Part shown: one piece after another, positions 17,658 to 26,629 of the stretch
Position numbering within the stretch: the first letter of the stretch is position 1
Layout: every line of letters starts with the position of its first letter
Assembly: GCA_963703225.1 (NCBI GenBank)
Contig: OY969801.1
Span: 64,001-128,000 of the forward strand
Direction: 5' to 3'
DNA length: 64,000 nucleotides
Source: Candidatus Eiseniibacteriota bacterium
GTDB lineage: Bacteria; Eisenbacteria; RBG-16-71-46; SZUA-252
The notes under the pieces: generated by a model
Database searches by the model: none
Seen by the model: only the letters and a program-made list of their open reading frames with translations
What the model was told of the DNA's origin: nothing
Program-made: the position numbers and the translations under genes

Positions 17658-18547
17658 CGGAAGCGCGAGCGGCAGTGAGCGCGGCATCGGTGCGCGCCGC
17701 CGGGGGCGGCCTCCTTCGCGTCCGCCGCGTGGTCTGGGATCGGATCGTGGTAGGGCTCTGTTACCTCTCCGCCGTGCTCGTCATCCTCCCGCTGGGGCTC
17801 ATCGTCTGGCACCTGTTAGCGAAGGGACTGGGCGGCCTTACCCTGGCGTTCTTCACCAAGATGCCGAAACCGGTGGGTGAATTGGGCGGCGGCATGGCCA
17901 ACGCCATCGTCGGGACGCTCATCATCGTCGGCATCGGTGCTACGATCGCGGTTCCATTGGGTGTAGCGGCCGGCGTCTTTCTGGCCGAGTTCGGCCGGAG
18001 TCGATTTGCCTCAATGGTCCGCTACACGACCGATCTACTGAGCGGCGTCCCCTCGATTGTCGTCGGGGTTGCCGCCTACGGCTTGATTGTCGTGCCGATG
18101 GGAAGGTTCTCGGCCCTCGCGGGCGGCGTGGCACTCGCCATTCTCATGCTGCCGACCATCATCCGCTCGACCGAGGAGATGGTGCGACTGGTGCCGCAGT
18201 CCTACCGCCACGCCGCGCTCGCGCTGGGCGCGCCGCGATGGAAGGTGACCCAGCAGGTGGTCCTGCCGGCGGCCCGGGCCGGGATCGTCACGGCGAGCAT
18301 GCTGGCGGTCGCTCGGGCGGCGGGGGAAACGGCGCCGCTCCTCTTCACCGCGCTCGGGAATCGATTCTGGTCGCTACGGCTCGATCAGCCGATGGCGACG
18401 CTCCCGGTTTTCATCTTCGACTACGCGAGGGCGCCGTATGACGATTGGAACCGGCAGGCGTGGACCGGGGCGCTGGTCCTTGTGTTGGTCGTGACGGTTA
18501 TTTCCGCGACGCTGCGGCTTACTGCTAGGCGGATCCGGGCCCGCTAG
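17654..18547 (+). CDS. pstA: Phosphate ABC transporter permease
   Basis: GGMANAIVGT, LSGVPSIVVG and ARAAGETAPLLFT motifs; ATGA overlap with pstC. Confidence 0.96.
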   Translation: MTEARAAVSAASVRAAGGGLLRVRRVVWDRIVVGLCYLSAVLVILPLGLIVWHLLAKGLGGLTLAFFTKMPKPVGELGGGMANAIVGTLIIVGIGATIAVPLGVAAGVFLAEFGRSRFASMVRYTTDLLSGVPSIVVGVAAYGLIVVPMGRFSALAGGVALAILMLPTIIRSTEEMVRLVPQSYRHAALALGAPRWKVTQQVVLPAARAGIVTASMLAVARAAGETAPLLFTALGNRFWSLRLDQPMATLPVFIFDYARAPYDDWNRQAWTGALVLVLVVTVISATLRLTARRIRAR

Positions 18548-19220
18548 CGGCATCGATCGGGTGTTCCTCGGCGTGGTGCTTGATCACCCGCGCCTCGGTC
18601 ACGAAGATCGCTTCCTCCGCGACGTTCGTCGCGAGATCGGCCACTCGCTCCAAATTCCGGCTGACCAAGACCAGCTCCAGCGCCCGCGGCACGATCTCGG
18701 GATCGTGGAGCATCGCGCTGGATAGCTTGGCGTGGATCTGCGCCTTGAGCGTGTCGATTTCCACGTCCCGCTCGCAAATCTGTCGGGCGAGCAAGGTATT
18801 CCCGTTCAGCCACGCGGTGACCGCGTCGCGGAGCATCGCGATCGTCCGGTCGCCCATGCGCGACAGCTCGTCGATCGGCTTGGTCAGAGGGAGCCCGCTC
18901 AGCTTGGCGGCGCTCTGCGCGATGTTCACCGCGTGATCCCCCACCCGCTCCAGGTAGTTCGAGACGCGGATCGCGGCCACCAGGAAGCGCAGGTCGCGCG
19001 CCACCGGCTGCTGCAGCCCCAAGAAGCTGAGGCACTGGCCCTCCACCTGAAGCTCGATGCGGTCGATCGCCATGTCCTCGGCGAGGACTTCCTCGGCCAG
19101 GTTCGGGTTCCGGGTCTTGAGCGCCTCCATCGATTTGATGAGGGCGGTCTCCGCCCTTCCCGCCATCTCGCTCAGGCGGTCGTGAAGCGCTTCCAGATCG
19201 TGGTGAAAATGGCGTTCCAT
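18525..19220 (-). CDS. phoU: Phosphate signalling complex protein PhoU
   Basis: QQPVARDLR, LERVGDHAVNIA and LERVADLATNVAE motifs. Confidence 0.96.
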   Translation of the reverse strand: MERHFHHDLEALHDRLSEMAGRAETALIKSMEALKTRNPNLAEEVLAEDMAIDRIELQVEGQCLSFLGLQQPVARDLRFLVAAIRVSNYLERVGDHAVNIAQSAAKLSGLPLTKPIDELSRMGDRTIAMLRDAVTAWLNGNTLLARQICERDVEIDTLKAQIHAKLSSAMLHDPEIVPRALELVLVSRNLERVADLATNVAEEAIFVTEARVIKHHAEEHPIDAASGPGSA

Positions 19221-20161
19221 TATCCGAACCTTCCGGTGATGTAGTCCTCGGTCAGCTTCTCGCGCGGCTGCGTGAACAGGAGCTGCGTCTCCCCGGCTTC
19301 CACCAGGCGCCCCGTCATGAGGAACGCCGTGCGGTCGGAGATCCGGGCAGCTTGCTGCATATTGTGGGTCACGATCGCGATCGTCACACTTGATTTGATG
19401 CTGAGAAGGAGCTCTTCGATTTTCGCGGTGGCGGTGGGGTCGAGCGCCGAGGCCGGCTCATCGAGGAGCAGGACATCAGGCTCCACGGCCAAGGCGCGGG
19501 CGATGCAGAGCCGCTGCTGCTGGCCGCCCGAGAGGCTCATGGCCGAGCGATTGAGCCGGCTCTTCACCTCGCTCCAGAGTGCGGCGCGCGACAGCGCCGA
19601 TTCCACGATCTCCTCGAGCCGCGACTTGGAGCCGATGCCGAGGAGTTTCGGTCCGTACGCGACGTTCTGGAAGATCGACATCGGGAATGGATTGGCCCGC
19701 TGAAACACCATGCCCACCCTTCGGCGCAGCTCCACCAGATCCGTTCCTGGCTGGAGCACATCGTGCCCTTGGTAGAGCGCCTGGCCCCCGTAGCGCACCG
19801 GCGGGAAGAGGTCGTTCATCCGGTTGAAGCATCGGAGGAGGGTCGACTTGCCGCAGCCCGACGGCCCGATGATCGCGGTGATCTCGTGCTGGTGGATCGC
19901 GATGTCGATCGATTGAAGCGTTTGGTGGGCGCCGTACCAGAGGGAGAGGCCCCTCGCTTCCAGGACGGGTGTGCGCTCCTGGGATTCCACCTGGTCTGGA
20001 GCCGATGGCTCCCCTTCGCCCGTCCCCGGCACGGTGAGGGGCCGGACTTGGAACTTCGGCGTGGAGAAGCGCTGTTCGGCGTGCGCGTCCATTTCCTCGG
20101 TCACCGGCGCGTTCGGCGGCAGGGTGGCTGTGTCGCTATTGGGCTCGTTCGGGTCCTGCAT
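19220..20161 (-). CDS. pstB: Phosphate ABC transporter ATP-binding protein, with a ~60-aa N-terminal extension
   Basis: [40 protein letters not shown] and YITGRFG motifs. Confidence 0.97.
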   Translation of the reverse strand: MQDPNEPNSDTATLPPNAPVTEEMDAHAEQRFSTPKFQVRPLTVPGTGEGEPSAPDQVESQERTPVLEARGLSLWYGAHQTLQSIDIAIHQHEITAIIGPSGCGKSTLLRCFNRMNDLFPPVRYGGQALYQGHDVLQPGTDLVELRRRVGMVFQRANPFPMSIFQNVAYGPKLLGIGSKSRLEEIVESALSRAALWSEVKSRLNRSAMSLSGGQQQRLCIARALAVEPDVLLLDEPASALDPTATAKIEELLLSIKSSVTIAIVTHNMQQAARISDRTAFLMTGRLVEAGETQLLFTQPREKLTEDYITGRFG

Positions 20162-20210
20162 GCTGGGCTCCCCCTCCCCAGAAGACTAATTCGCCTTCCA
20201 GTCTCAGGCA

Positions 20211-20237
20211 ATGGCGCCGATATGACAATCCCGTTAC
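20211..20237 (-). promoter_or_regulatory. Putative Pho-box array upstream of pstB
   Basis: Minus strand reads GTAAC-gggatt-GTCAT-atcggc-GCCAT. TTGTCATA resembles the E. coli Pho half-site CTGTCATA, and the first unit contains the phoR stop codon. Confidence 0.7.
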
Positions 20238-21613
20238 GAGCGCAGGTGGGGGCCATCGGGCAAGACCTCGAACCAGAAACTGCTGCCTTCCCCCACCCTG
20301 CTGTCGACACCGACATGGCCCCCGTGGAGCTGAATCGCGTGTTTGACGATCGAGAGGCCGAGCCCGGTTCCGCCCAGCGCCCGGGACCGGCCCTGCTCCA
20401 CGCGGTAGAAGCGCTCGAAGAGGCGGGGCAGATGCTCCGGCTCGATGCCACGTCCGGTGTCGGACACGCTCACCCGGATGGCCGATGAAGTCCGCTCCAC
20501 CCGGGCCGAGACCACGCCCGCGTCGGTGTACTTGATCGCGTTGTCGAGCAGATTGCGGAGCGCGAGCTCGATCCGCTTCCGGTCGACCCGAGCCCTCACC
20601 CCGGGACGGGCGTCCACCTCGAGCCTGAGTCCGCGGCGCGTCGCCAAGTCCTCGAACGATGCGGCGAGGTCGCGGACGATGGCGGATACGTCCCAATCCT
20701 TGACTTCGAGGGCCGCGTCGGGGCGCTCGAGATCGGCCAGCTGGAGAAGATCCTCGACCAGCGCCTCGAGCCGCTCGGCCTGGACGCGGATCGTCTCCAC
20801 AAACCGGTCCCGATTGGCTTCGTCCTCGAGCCCGCCATGAAGCAGCGTCTCGGCATATCCGCGAATCGAGGTGAGTGGGGTCTTCAGCTCGTGCGACGCG
20901 TTGGCGACGAATTCCCGACGCAGGTTCGCCATCTTCCGTTCCGGCCTCAGGTCTTCGATCGAGAGGAGCCAGGCCTCGGGGCGGCTCTGCCCCCGGACGG
21001 GGACGATCGAGACCTCGTACTCATTTCGCTCTTCTACATAAATGGATATCTCTCGGATTAGGCTCGCGCCCGTTTGGATCGCCTCCTCGGCGATCTCTTC
21101 CAGAATCGGCTGCCTGGCCGCGGCGAGCCGCGGTCGGTCCGCGGGAGGCGCCACGCCGACGATCGCCCAAAAGCGGGGATTCGCGTGGTCGATGGTGAGG
21201 TCGCTCGAAAGGAGGGCGATGCCCTGGCGCAGGTTGGCGAGCACGGCACCGCTGGCGTCCCGCTCGCGCCGGAGCGCATCGAGCTGATCCTCGAACCGCG
21301 CGGCCACGGCGTTGAGGCCTCGGCCGAATGCGGCAATCTCATCGTGGGCGTCGACGGCGACGCGGACGCCAGGCAGCCCTTGGCCGAGCGCCTCGGCCGA
21401 CGCGCGGAGTAGCTCCAGCCGCTGGTCGACCCGGCGGATCACGATGTAGGTGCCCACGGCGATCGGCAGGAGGAGCGCGCCGAGGAGGATCCAGATTTGG
21501 ACGTCGAATCCCGGCGTCCGGCGCTCCAAAACGAGGCCCGCCAAGAGGAGCGACACGCCGACCAAGGCGAGGATGGAGCCGAAGACCCGGCCCGCGATCG
21601 AGGTCACGGCCAT
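20234..21613 (-). CDS. phoR: Sensor histidine kinase (TM-HAMP-PAS-HisKA-HATPase), PhoR-type
   Basis: RREFVANASHELKTPLTSIRGYAETL, NLLDNAIKYT, FERFYRV and GGTGLGLSIVKH motifs; pst context. Confidence 0.9.
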   Translation of the reverse strand: MAVTSIAGRVFGSILALVGVSLLLAGLVLERRTPGFDVQIWILLGALLLPIAVGTYIVIRRVDQRLELLRASAEALGQGLPGVRVAVDAHDEIAAFGRGLNAVAARFEDQLDALRRERDASGAVLANLRQGIALLSSDLTIDHANPRFWAIVGVAPPADRPRLAAARQPILEEIAEEAIQTGASLIREISIYVEERNEYEVSIVPVRGQSRPEAWLLSIEDLRPERKMANLRREFVANASHELKTPLTSIRGYAETLLHGGLEDEANRDRFVETIRVQAERLEALVEDLLQLADLERPDAALEVKDWDVSAIVRDLAASFEDLATRRGLRLEVDARPGVRARVDRKRIELALRNLLDNAIKYTDAGVVSARVERTSSAIRVSVSDTGRGIEPEHLPRLFERFYRVEQGRSRALGGTGLGLSIVKHAIQLHGGHVGVDSRVGEGSSFWFEVLPDGPHLRS

Positions 21614-21662
21614 ACACTACCACCAATGACCCGAGCCAGCCCGCGGGGCTCGAGTCGCCGCT

Positions 21663-22418
21663 TCAGGCCTTGGGAACCTCTGCGGAGTATCCGACCCCGG
21701 TCACCGTCCGGATCATCTTGGAGTCCTTGCCGAGCTTGGATCGGAGCCGGCGGACATGCACATCGACGGTTCGGGTTTCGCCGAAGTAGCCCATTCCCCA
21801 GACCTTGTCCAGGAGCTGCTCGCGCGAGAAGACGCGGCCAGGCCGCTGGAGGAGGTATTCGAGAAGCCGGAACTCGGTCGGCGTGAGGTGGATTTCGTGG
21901 CCGCGGAGGCGCACTTCGTGCCGCTCCCGGTCGAGTTGGAAGGGGCCGATTTGGGTGGGCGCCGTCGCCTCTTCGCCGCGTGTCCGCCGCAAGATCGCGC
22001 CGACCCGCGCCACCAATTCTTTCGGCGAGAAGGGCTTGGTCAGGTAGTCGTCGGCCCCCCGCTCGAACCCGACCAGCTTGTCCATCTCGGTGCCGCGCGC
22101 CGTGAGGATGAGCACCGGCACCGTCCGGGTTCTCGGCTCAGCCCGGATCGACTGGAGTACTTCGAGTCCGCTCAGCTGGGGCAGTAGAAGGTCCAGGATC
22201 AGGAGGTCGGGTGGGGACTTGAAGACCCGCTCGAGCCCCGACGCGCCGTCCCGCTCGGTGAGCACGCGGTAGCCCTCGCGCGCGAGGTTGTAGCTCACGA
22301 GCTCGCAAATCTCTGGTTCGTCGTCCACGACGAGGATGGTGGACCGCGCCGTCTTGGGCACCTTGGGGCCTAACGATACGCTGCGGCGCACTGGCTTGGC
22401 GAGTTCCGTCGACTCCAT
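21663..22418 (-). CDS. phoB: OmpR-family response regulator, PhoB/PhoP-type
   Basis: ILVVDDE, LDLLLP, GADDYLTKPF, LTPTEFRLL and RTVDVHVRRLRSKLG motifs; adjacent to phoR-pstB-phoU. Confidence 0.88.
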   Translation of the reverse strand: MESTELAKPVRRSVSLGPKVPKTARSTILVVDDEPEICELVSYNLAREGYRVLTERDGASGLERVFKSPPDLLILDLLLPQLSGLEVLQSIRAEPRTRTVPVLILTARGTEMDKLVGFERGADDYLTKPFSPKELVARVGAILRRTRGEEATAPTQIGPFQLDRERHEVRLRGHEIHLTPTEFRLLEYLLQRPGRVFSREQLLDKVWGMGYFGETRTVDVHVRRLRSKLGKDSKMIRTVTGVGYSAEVPKA

Positions 22419-22441
22419 GGGCTCGAGGGTCCCCCCGGCCG

Positions 22442-22479
22442 GTTACCGGATCGCGTCAACGGCGTTTCAACCTCGTTAC
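22442..22479 (-). promoter_or_regulatory. Putative Pho-box array upstream of phoB (autoregulation)
   Basis: Minus strand reads GTAAC-gaggtt-GAAAC-gccgtt-GACGC-gatccg-GTAAC: four units at an 11-nt period. Confidence 0.75.
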
Positions 22480-22517
22480 GAATGCGCCGCCTACCCCGTC
22501 CATATCCGTTTGCGCCA

Positions 22518-22546
22518 TTGACTTCGTGGCATCCCTTCGGTAGCCT
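22518..22546 (+). promoter_or_regulatory. Putative sigma70 promoter of secDF
   Basis: TTGACT, 17 nt, TAGCCT. Confidence 0.55.
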
Positions 22547-22596
22547 CCCACGTCTCTGTCCGGATCGTTGCGAGCGCCAGGGCTTCGAGGAACACG

Positions 22597-24219
22597 GTGA
22601 CCCAGAGCGATCAGAGAAAGTTATTCGGGACATTAATCGGCTTGGCCGTTTGCGTTTACACGCTCTGGCCGACCTTCCGTTTCTACGCCATGAGCCCCGC
22701 GCAGCGCCAAGAGGTGCTGCAGGCGCGCCCCGCCGCGGCGACCAACGAGGTCGAGCGGGCCCGCCTCGCGAAGCTCGCGGAGCTTCGCGAAAAGGCCATC
22801 AAGCTCGGATTGGACCTCCAGGGGGGGATGTACCTGCTCCTCGAGGTCGACAAGTCCAAGCTCGGACCCGCGGAAGCCAAGAACGCGGTCGACCAGGCGA
22901 TGCAGATCATCCGCAACCGAATCGACCAGTTCGGCGTCGCGGAGCCCTCGATCCAGAAGCAAGGGGACAATCGGATCCTCATCCAGCTCCCGGGCCTCCT
23001 CGACCAGGAGCGGGCCAAGGAGCTGATCGGCCAGACCGCGCTCCTCGAGTTCAAGCTCGTCAAGACCGATGAGGAGACCCGCGCCCTGTTCGACCGGCTC
23101 GACGGCTATCTCGCCCGCAAGCGGTTCGGCTCGATCCCCGATTCCACCGCGGCCGACTCGCTCCGCCATCCGCTCACCAGCCACTTCCTCTTCGTGGGGC
23201 AGACCTCGGAGAGCTTCGCGCTGACCTCGGAGGTCGCGGCGATCGACTCGATGCTGTCCTTGGTGCGCGGCGACTCGACGTTCGTGTTCGACGCTTCCCT
23301 GGCGTGGGATGCGCACAGTACCGAGATGCAGGGCCGGACCGGACGCGTGCTCTACGTGTTGAGCCGGGAGCCGCTCATGAGGGGCTCCGAGGTGGCCAGC
23401 GCGCAGATGCGGCTCGACCTGGATCAGGAGCGCCCCGGCGCTCCCGGCGTCTCCTTTACGCTGACCGGCCGCGGGGGGGCGATCTTCGCCGATATCACCG
23501 GCGCCAACGTGGGCCGCCGCCTCGCCATCGTCCTCGACAATCGCATCCAGTCGGCCCCGAACATCCACGAGCGAATTCCGCGGGGCCAGGGCTCGATCAC
23601 CGGGTCCTTCACCGAGGACGAAGCCCAAAACCTCGCGATCGTTCTCCGTTCGGGCGCCCTCCCGGCTCCGGTCAACGTCGTCGAGGAGCGCACCGTGGGA
23701 CCGTCGCTCGGCCAGGATTCGATCGACAAGGGGCTCCGCGCGGGGGCAATCGGGATGCTCCTTGTCGTCGTCTTCATGATCATCTACTACCGGCTCTCGG
23801 GGGTGGTCGCGGTGGTCACCCTGGTCTTGAACATGATCGGCCTGTTCGCGGCCATGGCGGGTTTCCACGCCACGCTCACGCTTCCGGGCATCGCGGGAAT
23901 CGTGCTTACGGTCGGGATGGCCGTGGACGCCAATGTCCTCATTTTCGAGCGGATCCGCGAGGAGCTTCGCAACAAGAGGACGGTGCTCGCGGCGATCGAT
24001 ACCGGCTACGCGCGCGCGTTTCGGACCATCGTCGACGCGCACGTCACGACGCTGCTGTCGGCCCTGGCGCTCATGTGGTTTGGCACCGGCCCGGTTCGCG
24101 GGTTCGCGGTCACGCTCTCGATCGGTCTCATCATCAACATGGTCACCGCTGTCGGCGTGTCCAAGATGATCTTCGACGCCTGGTCGCTGCGTCGGAAGGT
24201 CAGCACGATCAGCATTTAG
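22597..24219 (+). CDS. secD: Protein translocase subunit SecD
   Basis: LGLDLQGG, RIDQFGVAEP, LAIVLD, LRSGALPAP, VGPSLGQDSI and GMAVDANVLIFERIREE motifs. Confidence 0.97.
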   Translation: MTQSDQRKLFGTLIGLAVCVYTLWPTFRFYAMSPAQRQEVLQARPAAATNEVERARLAKLAELREKAIKLGLDLQGGMYLLLEVDKSKLGPAEAKNAVDQAMQIIRNRIDQFGVAEPSIQKQGDNRILIQLPGLLDQERAKELIGQTALLEFKLVKTDEETRALFDRLDGYLARKRFGSIPDSTAADSLRHPLTSHFLFVGQTSESFALTSEVAAIDSMLSLVRGDSTFVFDASLAWDAHSTEMQGRTGRVLYVLSREPLMRGSEVASAQMRLDLDQERPGAPGVSFTLTGRGGAIFADITGANVGRRLAIVLDNRIQSAPNIHERIPRGQGSITGSFTEDEAQNLAIVLRSGALPAPVNVVEERTVGPSLGQDSIDKGLRAGAIGMLLVVVFMIIYYRLSGVVAVVTLVLNMIGLFAAMAGFHATLTLPGIAGIVLTVGMAVDANVLIFERIREELRNKRTVLAAIDTGYARAFRTIVDAHVTTLLSALALMWFGTGPVRGFAVTLSIGLIINMVTAVGVSKMIFDAWSLRRKVSTISI

Positions 24220-24229
24220 AGAGGATCCC

Positions 24230-25159
24230 GTGCTTCAGCTTCTGCATGGAGTCAATGTCGATTGGATGCGGCGGCGGTACATCGCCTATTCGTTTTCCGG
24301 GCTTTGCGTGCTTGTTTCGATCGTCTCGTTAATCGCCCACGGCGGGCCGCGGTACGGCGTCGATTTCACGGGCGGCACGCTGCTCGAGATTCGGCTCACC
24401 CCGGCGCCCGACGTCCAGGCCGTGCGCGAGGCCGTGGACAAGGCAGGGTTCGTCGGGAGCGAGATCCAGAAGCTGGACAAGCCGGGGCAGTTCCTGATCC
24501 GGCTCTCGGCGCACGAAGGCGCAGCCAAAGAAGGATCGAAGCACGCCGTCCCCGCCATCCGCGATGCGATTCTGGCGGCGCACTCCGGTACCACATTCGA
24601 GTTGTTGCGGGTCGAGTCCGTCGGACCGCGGGTCGGGGGAGAGCTCCGCGGGGCGGCCATCAAAGCGATCTTCTTAGCGCTTGGGTTGATCATGATCTAC
24701 GTCGCGATCCGATACGACTGGCGCTACTCGCTCGGCGCGGTCGCGGCGCTCTTTCATGACGTGTTCATCACGCTCGGTGCGCTGTCCATCACGAACCGCG
24801 AGATCACGCTGACGGTTGTCGCGGCACTTCTCACGATCGCGGGGTATTCGATCGCCGATACGATCGTCGTCTTCGACCGGATCCGGGAACGGAAGCAAAC
24901 GCTTCGACGCGAGGCCCCCGAAAAGGTCATGAACATGGCGGTCAACGAGACGCTGAGCCGAACGATCATCACCTCCTTCACCGTTTTTCTCACGGTACTC
25001 TCCCTCTTCGTGCTCGGCGGCGAGGTGATCCACGATTTCTCTTTCGCGATGCTCGTCGGCGTCGTGTTCGGGACCTACTCCTCGGTCTACGTGGCGAGCG
25101 CACTCGCGCTCGATACCCAGCTCTACTTGGAGCGCAAGGGGCCACAGCGCAAGAAGTAG
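24230..25159 (+). CDS. secF: Protein translocase subunit SecF
   Basis: GVDFTGG, VGPRVG, HDV, GYSIADTIVVFDRIRE, TLSRT and GTYSS motifs. Confidence 0.97.
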   Translation: MLQLLHGVNVDWMRRRYIAYSFSGLCVLVSIVSLIAHGGPRYGVDFTGGTLLEIRLTPAPDVQAVREAVDKAGFVGSEIQKLDKPGQFLIRLSAHEGAAKEGSKHAVPAIRDAILAAHSGTTFELLRVESVGPRVGGELRGAAIKAIFLALGLIMIYVAIRYDWRYSLGAVAALFHDVFITLGALSITNREITLTVVAALLTIAGYSIADTIVVFDRIRERKQTLRREAPEKVMNMAVNETLSRTIITSFTVFLTVLSLFVLGGEVIHDFSFAMLVGVVFGTYSSVYVASALALDTQLYLERKGPQRKK

Positions 25160-25230
25160 CACCGCGACGCCGGATTAAGGGGCGCCCGGATGGCTCCGCG
25201 GTGCCGGCGCGCGGGGCGGGAGGTAGAATC

Positions 25231-25728
25231 GTGCGCACCGTGCGAAAGACGACCCTGACGATTTGGAGCCTTGTCGCCATCGGATTCGCCGGGCTCTGCA
25301 TCGCGTCGGCGTCCGCCGACCCTGTGGCCGAGCCGACTCCCTCCGCCGCGACGGCGCAGGGCGAGGACTCGGCGGTCCGTCTCTTCGCCGCCCTCGAGGA
25401 AGCCTGGGCCGCGTCGAGCGCGGAGCGGCTGGCCTCGCTCGTCGATACGACCGTGGTACGAATCGCCCTGAAGCCGGGTACGCCGCCCACCTCCGCGGTC
25501 ACGCGAGGCGCCGCCGCGTTTCTGTTTCAAGACCAGCTCCGGCTCGTCTCCACGCAATCGTTCCGCGTGATCAAGATCGAGGTGGACAAGAAGGGCAAGG
25601 CGCGCGCCGAGGCGGAGTGGTCGGGGGATTGGGGTGGCCGGCAGGGGACGCGCGACGTGAAGGTCTCCCTCGCCGCGGCGATTTCCGGGAACCGCTGGCT
25701 CCTCACCGAGGTTCGTTCGAACGACTGA
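25231..25728 (+). CDS. Exported hypothetical protein (DUF4783/SnoaL-like)
   Basis: Signal peptide; pattern AW..SSAERLASLVD..V.I...A.FLF.D...W.LTEV. Start uncertain (GTG at 25231 or 25240). Confidence 0.6.
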   Translation: MRTVRKTTLTIWSLVAIGFAGLCIASASADPVAEPTPSAATAQGEDSAVRLFAALEEAWAASSAERLASLVDTTVVRIALKPGTPPTSAVTRGAAAFLFQDQLRLVSTQSFRVIKIEVDKKGKARAEAEWSGDWGGRQGTRDVKVSLAAAISGNRWLLTEVRSND

Positions 25729-25756
25729 TCCCGCCCCGTCTCCCCGAGAGCCCAGA

Positions 25757-26629
25757 GTGCCCGATCCCAGAGCCGACCATCTGATCGCCGACGTTCTGTA
25801 CGCCTCGGACCTCCACGGCCACGAGGGTCTCTATCTCGAATTCTTCGAGACGGCGTGGCGCCTGCGCGCGCGCGCCGCGATCCTGGGCGGCGATCTCGCG
25901 CCGCACGCGGACGTCGCCGCGCAGCGAAAGTTCTACGCGGAATTTCTCGTGCCGCTCGTGCGCGAGTATCTGGGAAAGCCGGGCTCGGCCGATCTCTACT
26001 ACATCGCGGGAAACGACGACTGGAAGGCCTCCCTGACGGTGGTCGAAGAGGCCGGGATCGGGCGGCTCCACCACATCCACGGCCGCACGGTTCCCTTCCT
26101 CGAAGGAATTTCGATCGCCGGGCTCGCGTCGGTTCCGATCACACCCTTCCCGATGAAGGACTGGGATCGATGGGAGGAGGGCCTCGCCGCCGCGGCCCGC
26201 ATGGAGGGATTCCGGAGCGAGCCCGAGGGCGGACTCCGGGCGTTCACGTTCAAAGGGCGGGAGCGGCAGGAATCGCTGGCCGCCGAAATCGAGGCGATCG
26301 AGCGTGAATTACCCCCCGAGGGAACACCCTTGATCTGTGTCTTTCACAGCCCGCCGTACGGCACCGCGCTCGACCAGATCGCGCGCGGCGTCCATGTGGG
26401 TTCGCGCGAGACCCGGAAATTCTTGGAGCGCAGGCACCCGCTCCTGGGGCTACACGGTCACATCCACGAATCTCCCACGGTCTCGGGAATGTTCGCCGAC
26501 CGGGTGGGTCCGACGATCTGCATCAACGCGGGTCAGCGGATGGGGAGCGCGCTCCACGCCGTCTGGTTCTCGCTCGACGACGTGCCGGGGACGCTGACCC
26601 ATTCCCTCATGGGGAAGGCTACGCTCTAG
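25757..26629 (+). CDS. Calcineurin-like metallophosphoesterase (Icc-related)
   Basis: SDLHG, GGD, GNDD, HSPP and HGHIHE motifs. Confidence 0.9.
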   Translation: MPDPRADHLIADVLYASDLHGHEGLYLEFFETAWRLRARAAILGGDLAPHADVAAQRKFYAEFLVPLVREYLGKPGSADLYYIAGNDDWKASLTVVEEAGIGRLHHIHGRTVPFLEGISIAGLASVPITPFPMKDWDRWEEGLAAAARMEGFRSEPEGGLRAFTFKGRERQESLAAEIEAIERELPPEGTPLICVFHSPPYGTALDQIARGVHVGSRETRKFLERRHPLLGLHGHIHESPTVSGMFADRVGPTICINAGQRMGSALHAVWFSLDDVPGTLTHSLMGKATL

